Assembly (NCBI RefSeq): GCF_009834535.1
Contig: NC_045701.1
Location: forward strand, 13,516,001-13,580,000
Length of the DNA stretch: 64,000 nucleotides
Direction: 5' to 3'
Source of the DNA: Camelus ferus
Lineage: Eukaryota
A model generated the notes under the pieces. The model was not told the origin of the DNA. It did not search any database and saw nothing but the letters and a program-made list of their open reading frames with translations. A program made the translations under genes and the position numbers. Of this stretch, positions 37,688-51,109 are shown in pieces; the first letter of the stretch is position 1; each line of letters starts with the position of its first letter.

Positions 37688-37918
37688 TCAGGTGTTTCCA
37701 AACTCTTTTTTTAGGCTCAGAAACTTTGTTCAAGTTGTATCTTACAGGAATATGCAAACAAATACTGTCAATGTAAGTGAGTCTGCTCTAGCTAAGGAAT
37801 AGTGTAGTGGTCTCAGAACCCAACCTGGTAAATGCCCTCCTCCCATCCTAGCAGTGGCTCATGGAGGGACTCTGTAGGATCTCAAGAGGTCCCTAAAAAA
37901 AAGGTTAAAACCACTAGA
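37688..37918. mobile_element. Probable hAT-Charlie-type MITE
   Basis: Imperfect terminal inverted repeats caggtgtttccaaac ... ggttaaaaccactag around about 230 bp; subfamily not assigned. Confidence 0.5.
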
Positions 37919-38099
37919 AGTCACCCCAGAGAGAGATTCCCTCACTTCCTTTTCCTTTTGTAAAAAATTTTTGAGAGTGCTGCTCATATTACCCCCACAC
38001 AGTAAATATCCTTAGAACACTATGTCTCTTCAAATAAACACACAGGATCTGCGCTTATCCATCAACAGGAACCGTACTCATTCTTCTTTAATTAAATTC

Positions 38100-38680
38100 T
38101 TCACGTACAGAGATTAATAAAGTGAATCAAAGTACCATCACTATATCTAATGGATGTGAACATTTTGCCATATTTGACTGCATCACTTTTAAAGAAATAA
38201 AATGTCACAGAAACAATTGAAAAGCCCTTTATTCTCCTTCCCAATCTCTTTCTCCTTCTGCCTCTCCCATCCCAGATAACCACTATTCTGAGGTTAGTGT
38301 TTATTCTTGTTATCAACTTCCTTCTTTTACTTTACATGCATATATCCCTAAACTCTTGGTATTCTTTTCTATGTTTTTATAATGGCATATATCATACTAT
38401 ATTCAAACTATTGCAGCTTGCTTTTTTCACTCAAGATGATATTTTCAAGATTTGTTCATACTGATATATATAGATCTGGTTTGCTTATTTTAAGGGCTAA
38501 ATATTATTCCATTATCTAACTATACCACATTTATTCATTTCCCTACTGTGGGCATTCAGTTTGCTTCTAATTTTTCACTATTACAAACAATGCTATAATG
38601 ACCAGCCTGTACTTGTCTTATTGTGTGCATGTTCAAGACATTTTTTAGAATATAACTGAAGTGGAGTTACTGAGTATAAA
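38100..38680 (-). mobile_element. L1ME fragment
   Basis: ttgctttttcactcaagatgatattttcaagattt...tattattccatt...ttcactattacaaacaatgctataatga is reverse L1ME. Confidence 0.85.
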
Positions 38681-38689
38681 CAAATGATC

Positions 38690-38925
38690 TTGATCTTTTA
38701 AGCCTCAGTTCAGTTGTCATCTCTCTTAAGAGGACTCTCCTGGATTTTCCTTCTCTAGTCCCAAAAGAACTTGCAAATACCTCTATCTTGTCTTGGACTC
38801 ACCACAAGGGTATAAGTATCTGTGTGCCTGTCTCCCCAAGTGAGCCATAATCCCCCAACACCAAGGGCAGGAATCTGTGCCTAGCACACGGTAGGTTCTT
38901 AATCAGTGTTTGCTGAATAAAATTT
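38690..38925 (+). mobile_element. L2 3' fragment
   Basis: gtgcctagcacacggtaggttcttaatcagtgtttgctgaataaa. Confidence 0.8.
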
Positions 38926-39379
38926 GAAGTTAACTGACAAAAGAAGTCCCTTGGCTGTGTTGGAAGTTATAGGAATGGCAACATAAACTCCAGGAGATGG
39001 CACAGATTCCATCCAGGGAGCTATGCATAAGCCCAAGAGGGAGACCAAATCAAGAAGTTAGGAGAAAAGAGATTGTACAAAATCTGGGGAAAATATTGAA
39101 TGAATCCAGGCCACTTCTGGGTCACATTGCAAAGGAAAGCTAGCTGAACCCAGCACCTCATTATACATAAAATAAGAAAGCAGTACTAAAAGTAATAAAG
39201 ACATTAGCTGGAAGCAAAAACCAAGGTACAAGGTCATAGATGAGAAACAAAGGAAGGCCCAATAGTTAAGGCTAATAAAGATATTGAAGCAATTATAGGT
39301 CTTTAAGTCTCAATTTTGGCCCTAAATGAATATATTTTTCAATTGTGTGGCTTTGTTGGTAAACACACTCTCAGATCTT

Positions 39380-39780
39380 CTTAGTAGGCAGTGGTAAAAG
39401 TTGTAAACAGCCTAAATGCTCAACAATAGAGGACTACATAAATAATCAGACATCCACTGAATGGAATATCATATGGCCATTAAAAAGAGTAAGTTATTTC
39501 TGGAAAGGAATTACACAATCTGTTAAATTGGGGAAATATGCTATTAAATCATAAAAACAAGGAATAAGGCAATATAAATAAGTATGATTACATTTTTCCA
39601 AATGTACACATGTTGAAAAAGACACTAGAAAATCAACAAAGGCTACCTTTGGGTTTTAAAAAGTATGGAGGAGTAGAATTAGCTTTTACTATTTACTTAT
39701 GCCTTTTTATTATTATTTGAATTTAAGTGTGTCTGCTGTATTGCCTTTATTTTTATATTTGTAAATGTCAAAAAAAATGA
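39380..39780 (+). mobile_element. L1ME fragment
   Basis: gtaaacagcctaaatgctcaacaataggagg...aatggaatatcatatggccattaaaaag. Confidence 0.65.
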
Positions 39781-41239
39781 ATTACTTGAGGTAGGTGGTG
39801 ATGTTTACCTATCTTAACAGTTATGATTGCTTTTACATTCCAAGAAGAGATTGGGGTAAAAAATCATGTAACCTTCTTATAGTCTACAAGGAATGCTGCA
39901 GCCTAAGCTGCTTGTCCAGACTCTGGCTCATTTCCTAGTTTCCACATTGACTCAATACAGCACATCCCAACAAGGAATAATAAGAGGAAAGCGAACAGTC
40001 CCTTGCTAGAAGACACTGAATTTCTTTGCATTTGAATAAGCCCTGAGACTTCTTTGCGGTGTTTCTAGGCTAATCAGAACTCTCCTCAACCCAGATATCA
40101 CTTCAACTCATTTTTTAAAATCAACGCTGATGGATAAAATACAAGGCAATTAAGTTGAGGACTACATTTCTTTAATGTCTAGGTAACCAGCCTAGTTCAA
40201 ACAACAATTATTGTCTCTGACTATTCAAATTCGCATCCATTCAAGTTGGGGTGGGAGACTTGGGTTTTATCTTGTAAACAAGCAGAACAGAGCCTATTCG
40301 ACTCTAATCAAATGTCCTCCTGAGAGCTCCCTCTCCCTCTTCTCTTGTGTACAAGCCCATCCTAGCAAGGGTTGATGTTTCCCTATGGGACTTAGTGCAA
40401 TATTTTGTCGTTCTGATTGAAATGTGTGCTGTCTGGTCCCTATAGTTTAATTTAGAACAATTAAGGTTCAGGGTACATGAGCTGGCAAAGCAAATTACAA
40501 ACAATGGCTGCAAAATAAACTGCAAATCAATCCCCACTAAATCACCCTGAAAATCCCTGCCAGCGCTGCAAAGCTATCCCAACTCCAGCCCTTCCTCTTC
40601 TCACCCTCCATCTTCACCACAATAAGGAAATCTCCATTGTTTAGTTTAGTAATGATTTTACAGAAGTGTTCATCCTTCCAGATACAAAACTTCACACTCT
40701 TGGGCTGGTGTCAAGGGTGGATAGGAAAAATATGCTGAAGGAAGTGTAGCTCCGTTCATAACTATTTTGCTCCACAAATAGGGAATACTTTTTCTGTTCC
40801 CCAACTCTGATATTGACACATTAAGGAAAACTGTCACCACACCAGGGTGACTTAACTTACAGGAAATATTTTCTCATGTATTCATCTTCTTGTTTATTTA
40901 TTTTGAATCCTGAGTGGGCAGCTTGTTTCTTCCACACACCATTATATGCATCTGCCCCATAAAGCTACTTGGTCAAAGAGGATGAACTAACGCATAAAAG
41001 AATCTTTTTCAGCTACAAGCTACAAATACTCTATGAACTCACTTTACATTCCACATCTTATATTCTTTTATAAATGGCAGAGGGCTGGGATAAGCAGTTC
41101 ATCCTGTTGTTCTGGGTAGGGACATTGCAGGGCTAGCATAGACCACATTTCCAAATTCCAAGAAAGTTATAAAGGCACATTGCACAGCATCAAAATTTTA
41201 AATGTGTATATCCTTCCATCTAGCAATTCTACCATTAGA

Positions 41240-41690
41240 TTTTCTTCCAATATAACCCTTTTCTCAAAAAGGCAAAGACAGGTGTGTGAATATTTCTTGA
41301 AATGTTGTATTGTACAATGAAAAAATTATAACCAATATATATCTCTACCAGGAGGGCAATAAATGCAAACGTGATAGAAACTGTGCAACCCTTAAAAAGA
41401 ATGCACATTTATATGAACTGATTTAGAAAATATTTCTTAAGATACGCCTAAAATTTTAAAAACGAATTGTAGAACAGATTGAACAGTATGAATCCGTTTT
41501 TGTAAAATGCACATATGTTAGTATACACATTTTTTAAATCAGGGAAAATAGACAGAAAATCCTTAACAACTGCCATCTCTCGAGATGGAATTTCAAGGGA
41601 ATTTTATCTTTACATATTTTGGTATTGCTTAATTTTTTACAAGAAGCATATATTATTTATTTAATCAGCAAATATATACTTAGATAAATA
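41240..41690 (+). mobile_element. L1ME 3' fragment
   Basis: ttgttgtattgtacaatgaaaaaatt...gaactgatttagaaaa...gcatatattatttatttaatcag. Confidence 0.65.
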
Positions 41691-42109
41691 CAAATATAAA
41701 TATGTATATATATATAGTAAAGCATGGTGTAAATAATGGAATCTATCTTCCATTTTGCCTCATTTCTCTATCCATTCATCCATTCAAGTTACTAAAGGCC
41801 TGTTGAATGCCACTGTAGCAGGCTCTGAGAATGCAAAAACAAGGCTGCATAGAGATTAGAGAGGTAGAGGGGAAATTCCACTCCTCTGAGCCTCCATTAG
41901 AGCCCAGCATCTTAGGTTAGCTTCCCAACAAGCAAGATAAAGAATTCAAATAATGACCTTGATCAGTTCAAGTTCTTTGTCTTCCTCCTAACTCACCTAT
42001 CATGGATAAACATAAGGACAATAGCTTTCACTGTACAACTCAGGGGCTGGGCACTTCAGAGCCCTCCGGCCTCTGGATGCTCAAGTCTTCTTGGGGGCTT
42101 ACTAACAGT

Positions 42110-42343
42110 AGAACTATAATCACTAGCATTTATTCAAGACGTACTGTGTGTCAGACACTGCACCAAATTCTTTACCCACGTTATCTCAAGTCATCGTTAA
42201 AGCAATCTTAAGAAATAGTCACCATTACATACATTATCCATCTTTTCTTAATGTAAATGACTGCAGAGATCTGTCAAGGTCATCCAGCTAATACATGGAA
42301 GAGCCAAGACTGCATACAGCCCAATCTTCAGACCCCTACAGCA
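42110..42343 (-). mobile_element. MIR, near full length
   Basis: agcatttattcaagacgtactgtgtgtcagacactgc...gtcaaggtcatccagctaatacatgg. Confidence 0.85.
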
Positions 42344-42587
42344 NNNNNNNNNNNNNNNNNNNNNNNNNNNNNNNNNNNNNNNNNNNNNNNNNNNNNNNNN
42401 NNNNNNNNNNNNNNNNNNNNNNNNNNNNNNNNNNNNNNNNNNNNNNNNNNNNNNNNNNNNNNNNNNNNNNNNNNNNNNNNNNNNNNNNNNNNNNNNNNNN
42501 NNNNNNNNNNNNNNNNNNNNNNNNNNNNNNNNNNNNNNNNNNNNNNNNNNNNNNNNNNNNNNNNNNNNNNNNNNNNNNNNNNNNNNN
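42344..42587. other. Assembly gap (244 N)
   Basis: N run. Confidence 1.
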
Positions 42588-42774
42588 TTCACTGTTTGGG
42601 ATCTGGGTGGCTACTGAATAGAATACTAATTCCTTATGGGAAAAAACTTCAGATTGAATTATGTTGTAATTATGAACTCAGGAAGGGGGCTGGCATATAT
42701 AAGCATGTCTGTGTGCTGAGTGTGTGTGTTGGCTACAAGATCAGAACTATTGCGTCAAGCTCTCATTGAATGCA

Positions 42775-42905
42775 GGATGCTGTGGATTCAAGTTTAAGCT
42801 GCGATTACAGGACTTGAAATATGAACTCACCTCACCTTCAGTTTCCTCCTCAGCTAATGAGGACACTGGAGTTGCCTATCTCATAGCAAGACCATGTGTG
42901 AAAGC
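42775..42905 (+). mobile_element. MIR fragment
   Basis: ccttcagtttcctcctcagctaatgaggac...cctatctcatag. Confidence 0.65.
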
Positions 42906-42934
42906 CAGTGTAACAGGCAATCCCTGCTGAATTT

Positions 42935-43375
42935 CCACCTCTTAACCCTTCAGCTTCAACTTCCTCTCCAATTTCATCCAACAAATAATCTTCTAGCATC
43001 TAGCACATGCTAGAAACTGCACTTCAATACAAAGTCAAAACAGCACATCTCTACTTCTAAGCAGTTCACAATCTGGTCAGGGACTTCAATTCTAATAGGG
43101 AGTCTACAGATAGTTTCCCAGATGGTACATTTTTAACATGCCACTCCCTTCTTAAGAATCATTAAAGGCTGCCTATCTATTATAAGGTCAAATACAAAAT
43201 CTACCCACCTTCTAGCCTAAAGAAGGTGACCTCTCTCCTTTATAAAATTCTCCAGTTCACAACTGTCTTTCCTCAACTCTGAATGACTTCAGCACCATAC
43301 ATAAAATCTGTTTTAGATCTCAGGATTTTTCTCAACCTCAAGCTAGGCACACAAATGGACCTTAAAGACATTTTG
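42935..43375. mobile_element. Two short L2 tail fragments (minus at about 42935-43090, plus at about 43235-43375)
   Basis: ttcatccaacaaataatcttctagcatc...; agctaggcacacaaatggaccttaaagacattttg. Confidence 0.55.
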
Positions 43376-44332
43376 ATCAAAATAATTTTTAAAAAGCAAT
43401 TACAAATGGGGAAATGGAAGAATTATTATTAAAATATTCTTCCTATTCTTATAATGAAGTTAGCTTCTTTTACTGCCCATCAAATTGCCAATTTCTCATA
43501 TGCCCCTGGTGTTTTCAGAACCAAGTAGGTCCTTAGAAGACATTTAATTCAATCTCTCACTGTCCAGGTGAGCAAATTACCTTGCAGAGAGAGAAAATTA
43601 TCTATGACTTAAACATCCATCCACTTACTTATTTGATAAATATTTACTGAACGCATGTTGCATACCAGCACTATCCTAGGCCCTGGAAGAAATTACATAA
43701 GTCCCAACCCTCATGGAGTTTACATTGTAATGGGGGAGAGAGACAATAATAATGAAATAAATATGCTATCATATGCTATGATTTCAAGTAGAGATGAGTG
43801 TCATGAAGAAAAAAAGGAGTAAGGAGATGGAAGGATTGGCATGTTATTTTAGATAATATGTCAGGGAAAGGAAGCAGCAAGCACAAACGTCCTGAGGCGA
43901 GAATGAACTTGGTGTGCTTAAGGGACTAAGGGAAGACTGGTATACTTGGTGCACGGTGAATGAGAAGTAAGAGAGTTTAAAGTAGAAAGGGCCATATTTT
44001 AGAGCCATGTAAGCTATGACAGACTTTAGGTTTCACTGTAAGTGTGATAAGAAGCCATTTGTAGAATCTTAAGTACAGGAGTGACATGATTTTATTACAT
44101 TTTAAAGAGATCATTCTGTGTAAAGCAATAGGAATTTTCATTCACTACTAATGGGAATACAAAATGGTACAGCCACTTTGGAAGACAGCTTGCTGGTTTC
44201 TTATAAAATTAAATATATTCTTATACAATCCAGTAATCATGCTCCTTGGTATTGACCAAAAGGAGTAAAAAAAGTATGTCCACACAAAAACCTGCACACA
44301 ACTGTTTATAACAGCTTTATGCATAATTACCA

Positions 44333-44467
44333 NNNNNNNNNNNNNNNNNNNNNNNNNNNNNNNNNNNNNNNNNNNNNNNNNNNNNNNNNNNNNNNNNNNN
44401 NNNNNNNNNNNNNNNNNNNNNNNNNNNNNNNNNNNNNNNNNNNNNNNNNNNNNNNNNNNNNNNNNNN
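44333..44467. other. Assembly gap (135 N)
   Basis: N run. Confidence 1.
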
Positions 44468-44599
44468 AACATATCTACCAAGTGAAAGAAGCCAATCTGT
44501 AAAGGTTACTTACTGAACATTTCCAACTGTATGACATTCTTAAAAAGGCAAAACTATGGAGAAAATAAAAAGATCAGTGGTTGTCAGAGGTTAGAGAGA

Positions 44600-44821
44600 N
44601 NNNNNNNNNNNNNNNNNNNNNNNNNNNNNNNNNNNNNNNNNNNNNNNNNNNNNNNNNNNNNNNNNNNNNNNNNNNNNNNNNNNNNNNNNNNNNNNNNNNN
44701 NNNNNNNNNNNNNNNNNNNNNNNNNNNNNNNNNNNNNNNNNNNNNNNNNNNNNNNNNNNNNNNNNNNNNNNNNNNNNNNNNNNNNNNNNNNNNNNNNNNN
44801 NNNNNNNNNNNNNNNNNNNNN
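44600..44821. other. Assembly gap (222 N)
   Basis: N run. Confidence 1.
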
Positions 44822-46689
44822 GATACTAGGGAGGCTATGCGTGTGTAGGGGCAAAGGATGTATGGGAGATCTCTGTAGCTTCTACTTAATTTTGCTTTGA
44901 GCTTAAAACCGATCTAAAAAGCAAAGCTTCGTTTTTTTAAAGAACCATTATGGCAGCTATATGGAAAATAAAATAGATACCAATGAATGCAGAAGTAGGA
45001 AATCAATGAAGAAGCTACTGCTAGTCTAGATAAGAGATAAAGGAAAAGCAGGACTAAGACGGCAGTGGTGGGGGAGTAAGACAAGGTCAGAATTGGAGTA
45101 TATTTTGAAGGTAGAATGAACAGACTTGCTGATAAACTGGATTTTGAAATGTGGAGGAAAAAGAGAACTTGATCTGATGATGCTGAGAACAAAAGATAGG
45201 AAGAAGAAGATCAGCAGTGAAATCAAGTCTCTGCTCCAGATATTTTAAGTCTGAAATGCTGTGTTGGAGACCTGGTTAGAAACCTTGAGCAGCAGTTAAA
45301 TGTAAATATCTAAGATTCGGAGACACTCTCAGAGTTAGAGATAAAAAATCAGGAATCACCAGCTTAAACATGACATCAAAAGCCATGGGACTAGATGAGG
45401 TGACCAGTGAAAGTAGATAACAAAGTGAAGAGAAGTGAACTGAACACTGCCCAGGAGCATGCCAACATTTAGAGTCCAATAACAAGATATTGACCAGAAG
45501 TCAAATACCAATACGGAAGCAGAAGGCATTTAAAGAGACAGACAAGAAATCAGATCCTCACCAGCCAGAACCTGAAGCAGAAATCTAGAATCTTGAACCA
45601 CAATGTTGAAAATGCTACAGCCTCTATCCCTTCCCTGTGGATATCAGGAGGCAAGGACCAAGGAATGGGGCACAGATCCACTTGCATGTGCCTTCTCAGA
45701 GTGGAGATAAGGCTCGTGTGCCTGTACGCTCTTGGTGCAACCTCCTGCCCGAGAGGAAAGAAAGCTCTTACTTATAGCAGCAAGAATGCTGCCTACACCT
45801 TCAGCATGAATACCAGGTGCCAGACCATGCACAGCAGGTAAGAGTAAGAAACAGAACTCATTAAGTGGAGAATAAAGCACTGTCTTTGCTTTGGGAAAGT
45901 TGGGACTCTCCACAAGTAAAATAGATCCAACCATCATGAAATTCTGGGGGGGCAAGCCTGCGTTAGGTACTACAGGGTAGCAGCAGAGATGTGTAAGACA
46001 AATACCAGATCATCAAAGAGATGCCAGCCAGATGGAATGAGGAGAAAGTGGCTAGAACCTGGGCACCTAATCCTGAAATGTGGGAGAAGAAGCCTTATCC
46101 CACATCACCTTCACTCTCACCTTTCTGGAATTCTGCTCTGAAAAGTAAGTTGGGCTTTCCAGTGTGCTATGTTAAAAGGCATCTTGGTGGTGCCTAAGAA
46201 TCCTAGAGCAACTACCCGTCTCCATCTCCTGCATCTGACAGTCCTGGTCTTCTGCTACAAGAGCGCACAATACATGCCCATCAAAGTTCTCTTGACAGAA
46301 GGGAGAATAAAGGAGTTTGTAAAGAGAGCATCCAGGTAAGGAATAGGATGGATTTTTATAAACGCTTGACTGGCACCCTTCAAAAGCCCAGTGGTCTGAG
46401 GCTCTCCACTTCTTAAGGGACCTGGGGTCCTGCTCCTGACTCTTCTGACCTGTAAGGAGATTCTGATGCTGATTTTTTAATAAAATAAGCAGTATTAAAA
46501 TTTGCATAGGACAAATAACTGTCCTGTGCACCTTCTCTTTCCAATCCTTTACCCATGGCAGGCATCATTAATCAATCATGGTAGACTTCTCCACTGCAAC
46601 AATATACAATCTCAGAATCCCTTTCATCACAGCACTGCAGGCAGCACTATTACTCAAAACTACAATGGGAGGTGAAATCTGTTTCTTAC

Positions 46690-46862
46690 CTCTAGCACAG
46701 TAGTTAGCAGCAAAGCACTTAGACTCAAACACAGTTCTGAATCCTGGTTCTGACATTATTGGCCTTGGGACCCTAGGTCCCAGTTGAACTGCTTATTAGC
46801 AGTTTAACTTTGGACACATAAACCAACTTTGGACACATGAATCAGTTCCTTCACCTGTTATT
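46690..46862 (+). mobile_element. MIR 5' half
   Basis: cacagtagttagcagcaaagcacttagactc...tctgaatcctggttctgac. Confidence 0.65.
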
Positions 46863-46869
46863 CAGAGCA

Positions 46870-47520
46870 AAAGCACATATTTGGATTGAGAGGAGACAGG
46901 CAAGGCTTCCCTGAAGAGGGAAGGCTTGGGCTAAGATGAGGGAGAGTGAGAGCACTCTCACCACAGGGGAGGAGGATGCTGCTTAAAAGAAGGTCCGTGA
47001 AGATGGAGGACAGAGATCAAGGGGTCACGAGGCAAATGCCAGACTGTATAAACCTTTTAGAACATATTAAGAATTTTGATCATTATCCAAAACGCCATGG
47101 TTGATCATACAAAGGATTGAGCAGGGTAGGTGACATGATCAATTTTTAATCTGGAAGACATTTCCACTGTCTCTCCTATGGGGAAAACACGTCAGAGAGA
47201 GACGAGGGTTGAGATCAGAAGACCAGTTAGAAGGTGGCAGCAGTGTTCAGGGGAACGTTTTGATGACTCAGACTAGGGAGGCAGCTTGTGAGACTGGGGG
47301 AAGTGGAGAAAATTTAGAGTTCTAAAAATGGTAAAAAAAAAAAAAAAAAAATTGAGGACTTGGTGATGAGTTTAAGGAGAGATCAAGGATAATACCTGGG
47401 GTTTTGGCTTGGCCTTCCAGGTGGATAGTGGTGGCATTCACTAAGGCAGAGAATATCAAAGAAGACCAGATATTTGTGGGTGTTGTTTCGTGTTTTTGTG
47501 GGGAAAGATTTGCAGATCCA
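46870..47520 (-). mobile_element. L2 fragment with an internal poly(A) run
   Basis: gagcagggtaggtgacatgatc...agaagaccagttagaagg...ggtggatagtggtggcattcactaagg. Confidence 0.8.
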
Positions 47521-47983
47521 AGTAAAAGTGTTAAGTAGGCAGACGGATACACAATATGAAGAATCCAAGTTAAAGATGAAATAATGGGGTCAAGGATCAG
47601 TCTTACTGGCATATTTAGTCAATGAATGAACTCACATATAATCCCAAAAGTCTCCCTCCCCAAGATCAGTGAGAGAAGAAAGAGCCTGCTCATTCTCTCA
47701 GCCCAGCCTGGACGTACAACACCCACAGCAGCACTAACATCTACCCAAATGACGACCTACACTAAGAATACTTGTCCTTGCTGCTTTTGCCCAGAGTCAG
47801 GATGCTGAGTAACTGAATCCTGGAATCACAGAAGGTTAGCTCTAGAAGGAGATGTAGAGGTCATCCAATGCAGCTGCATGACCACGTGAAGATGTGTTGA
47901 AATGCATAGCTGGGTAGAAAGGATGCTGGCCTCAGAAAAAGAACACCTGGATAGTTGTCCTGCCCATAAACACTCTGCCGACC

Positions 47984-48085
47984 TCATCTTACAGACTTGA
48001 AAACTAAGGTCCTTCAAAGTGAAATGACTTGTGCAAGGAGTTAGTTGTAGGGCAGGGACCTAAATCCATATACTTTCAAAACTTT
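47984..48085 (-). mobile_element. MIR fragment
   Basis: catcttacagacttgaaaactaagg...gtgaaatgacttgtgcaagg. Confidence 0.7.
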
Positions 48086-49029
48086 TCAGCATTTCTGATT
48101 TTCAAAAATACTTAAATCCACAATTATGATAATAAGTACATGGGTGAGGTATTAGCAAATCCACAAATTTAACCCCTGTCCAGACTTCTAGCTTCACTCA
48201 TCTATTCAACAAACATGCACTGAGAACCCACTAAGTGCCAAGCAGAGGGTCAAAGAAAAGTGCTGGAATAAACTCAGACCTTAGTTAGTACAAGGATTGG
48301 GTAAATAGCCTGACCATACAGGTGAAAGAGAAAGTTTTGAATATTCAATCATATTGGTGGAAATTTTTAAATATTTCCCAGATTTCTAAAGGCAATTGTC
48401 AAAGACCCAAAAAGAATTTACTTTCATCAAATGATTTGCCATCATGAGGTCAGAGGTATAGAAGATCAAGTAGCCAAGGATTTGATTTTAACACAGGGCA
48501 GAAGCACACAAAAGGTGTGACTCCTACCTGCTCTCTGCAAGGAACGTGCTTCCTTGTGTGGGATCAGAAAGATTGTGTTCCTCAAGTAACAATGGCCCTT
48601 TCTCACAAGTGTCACAGATTTAGTTCAGCAAGGCCTCTGAAAGCTCAGATCTCTATCAGGAACAGCCCAGTGTATTTGAGCCTCTTTGATACCTGGTTAT
48701 CGGGATGAAAACAGGACTTCTGGTACTAGCTACTGCTGATGAACCACAGTAGGAAAGGAATTTTTATTGCTATTCTGCCTGGAGTCAGGTTTAAAAAGCT
48801 GAATAAAACAGAAAAGCAAAGAAAAAGATAACTGGGGCTTTCCAAACTGTTAACTTGTCGTTTTAGTTTGTGTTTTGCACACACTTTAGACTCCTTGCTC
48901 TTTTCACCCTCTGTGTGAGGACACTGGATTACTTATTTACCATCTTTTAAGTTGTGACTAAAAGCAGATTAGAGTACTCACCCATACAAGTGTTTCTAAC
49001 CTTCCTGCTGTGCATGGATCACCTACACA

Positions 49030-49350
49030 ACTTTGGTATCTAAATGCGTAAATTTGATGATATAAAATGGATGGGACATTTTACAATCGTGAAAATTAAA
49101 ATTATGAAGATGAGGCAGCAACCTGAAAAATGCTTATGATATAATACTAACAAAAGCATGTAAACTGTCACATATGCTGTGATTGTGACTCATGTGAAAT
49201 CAGGTTTGTGTTCAGTAAGACAAGATATGTAAATAGCATATTGCAGTTTGTAAATGGTAAATTGTTATATTAAAGTGAAAGGATTAAGGATTACTAGGAG
49301 AATAGAAATACTTTTCAGTTTTCTGTAGTATTTGAGAGGTTTTTAAATTT
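49030..49350 (+). mobile_element. L1ME 3' fragment
   Basis: aaaaatgcttatgatataatactaac...gaaatacttttcagttttctgtagtatttg. Confidence 0.55.
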
Positions 49351-49674
49351 TATTTTTTGACAGGGAGTGAATCCAATATGGTATAGAGCAATAGTCCCCA
49401 CAAGAAGCAGAGGACAGAAATCCTCTTACTTTTTCCCTTTGCCTGTGTGTCTATAATCATTATTTTTCCAGTTTCAGCCTGTAACAAAGCAGAAAACAAT
49501 TATTTGAAACACAAGTCTTGACAAAAATTTCACAGGGAGTAGCTATCATCCTTGGGTCCATGTAGACAGGGAGCATCTGCGGGGTTAAAAAAAAAAACAA
49601 ACCTGGATTCATATTCCAATCTGGCAATTTCCTTCATTTCCTCACCTGTTAAGTGGGAAGAAGGAGAAGAAAGG

Positions 49675-49905
49675 AATGTTTGCTGAGTGTTTACCATGTA
49701 CCCAGCTCTGGGCTTGGCAATTTTTCATACATCATTTCATCTAATCTTCACAGCAGCCCCATGAGACAAGTATTAGCCTTCAGTTTACCAGTGATACACG
49801 GAGGCTTCGAGACTTTAAATAATGTGTTCACAGTCATACAGCTAGCAAGTGTCCAAGCCAGAATCCAAACCGAGGAATGCCTGTCCCCAGAATCTGCTCC
49901 TGTCA
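49675..49905 (-). mobile_element. MIR, near full length
   Basis: ttgctgagtgtttaccatgtaccc...catttcatctaatcttcacagcagccccatgag...cacagtcatacagctagcaagt. It explains ORF 49653-49949. Confidence 0.88.
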
Positions 49906-50897
49906 CTCTCAGGATGCAATTTCACAGGATTATTCTGGGATTGAATTAGCCAATGGGTCAGGCCCACAGTGAGGGTCTGATAAATATTTGTTGAATCAGA
50001 ACCTCACTATTGCCATCAAAACCTTCTGAGTCCCCGCTCTAGTTTCTGGAGCTCCCTTGACCAGCCCAGGAGAGTTTTCCTGTTTGCCACTGAGTGAGAC
50101 TCTGCCCACCCATCCCATGGAGAACAGGCACCCATAGGCCTCCATCAAGTGGGAGGCAGAACAGCATCCTGGAGGGGTCCTTTTGGTGGAGGTGTCTAAG
50201 GCAGAGCAGCAGCACCAGACACCCAGCCCCAGGGTGCAGTCCTGAGCATTCTCCAAGCCCAACAGTGTGTTGATGTGCAACCTTAGGTAAGAACTTCTGC
50301 ACTGCCCAGTTAGAGCAGGAAGAAGACTAAGGAGGAGAAGAAAGAGGGAGCCCTAGGGGTGGGGGTGTTCAAAGGGCTCCCTCTTTCTCTCCACCTTCAG
50401 CCACAGGCTTTAATACAGTCTGAAGGAACAGTGCAGCCTGATTCTGGTTCCTCTTTAAGACAGACTCCTAATTCCAATTCAGCATTGCTCCACAGAAAGC
50501 ACATAGAGGAATTTACTTTCTTAGATTCACCATAATCACATAAACAGAACTCGTCTTGCCTTTTCTCCTTTTGTTCACGGTAAGGTGGAGATAATTTCTC
50601 TTTTTAATATGATCAAGACTATTTTTCTCTTTCAAATACAAGAAAAGAGCAGGAACATTAACACCACCAAACTATTCCAGAATATAGTCTTTTCACTGGA
50701 CTTTTCACATTACAATACACTTAAAGACTCAGAATTAAAGACAGACACTTCCCTAGTATTTTGAAATCATTATGAGTTACAATCCTTTTGATGCAAAGGG
50801 CTCCTTTTTTTAAACCATGATGTCCTTTATGTGAATAGTAAAAAAAAAAAAAAAAAAAAATGTTCACGGTAACAAACGCACCAGGAAAAAAAAAAAA

Positions 50898-51109
50898 NNN
50901 NNNNNNNNNNNNNNNNNNNNNNNNNNNNNNNNNNNNNNNNNNNNNNNNNNNNNNNNNNNNNNNNNNNNNNNNNNNNNNNNNNNNNNNNNNNNNNNNNNNN
51001 NNNNNNNNNNNNNNNNNNNNNNNNNNNNNNNNNNNNNNNNNNNNNNNNNNNNNNNNNNNNNNNNNNNNNNNNNNNNNNNNNNNNNNNNNNNNNNNNNNNN
51101 NNNNNNNNN
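50898..51109. other. Assembly gap (212 N)
   Basis: N run after poly(A). Confidence 1.

Larger units (their letters stand above)
44125..44938 (+). mobile_element. L1MC1-like 3' end nested in L2, containing two gaps
   Basis: aaaatggtacagccactttggaagacag...gtgaaagaagccaatctg...gtgtaggggcaaaggatgtatgggagatctctg; degenerate TSD aaagagatcatt/aaagaaccatt. Confidence 0.85.
43610..45500 (-). mobile_element. L2 (about 1.1 kb) split by an L1MC1 insertion
   Basis: ttgataaatatttactgaacgc...ccctcatggagtttacattg...; resumes at 44940 and includes aaagccatgggactagatgaggtgacc. Confidence 0.88.

Noticed and set aside
46172-46531. 119-aa minus ORF, and a plus-strand exon-like stretch ending TCCAG|GTAAGG at about 46335
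   Set aside because: No recognisable homology in any frame, and the plus-strand acceptor lacks a pyrimidine tract.
46806-46838. 14-bp direct duplication aactttggacacat
   Set aside because: A small slippage duplication inside a MIR with no further structure.
50821-50897. Processed pseudogene tail (two poly(A) runs)
   Set aside because: No upstream coding similarity, poly(A) signal or TSD is visible, and the adjacent gap prevents further assessment.
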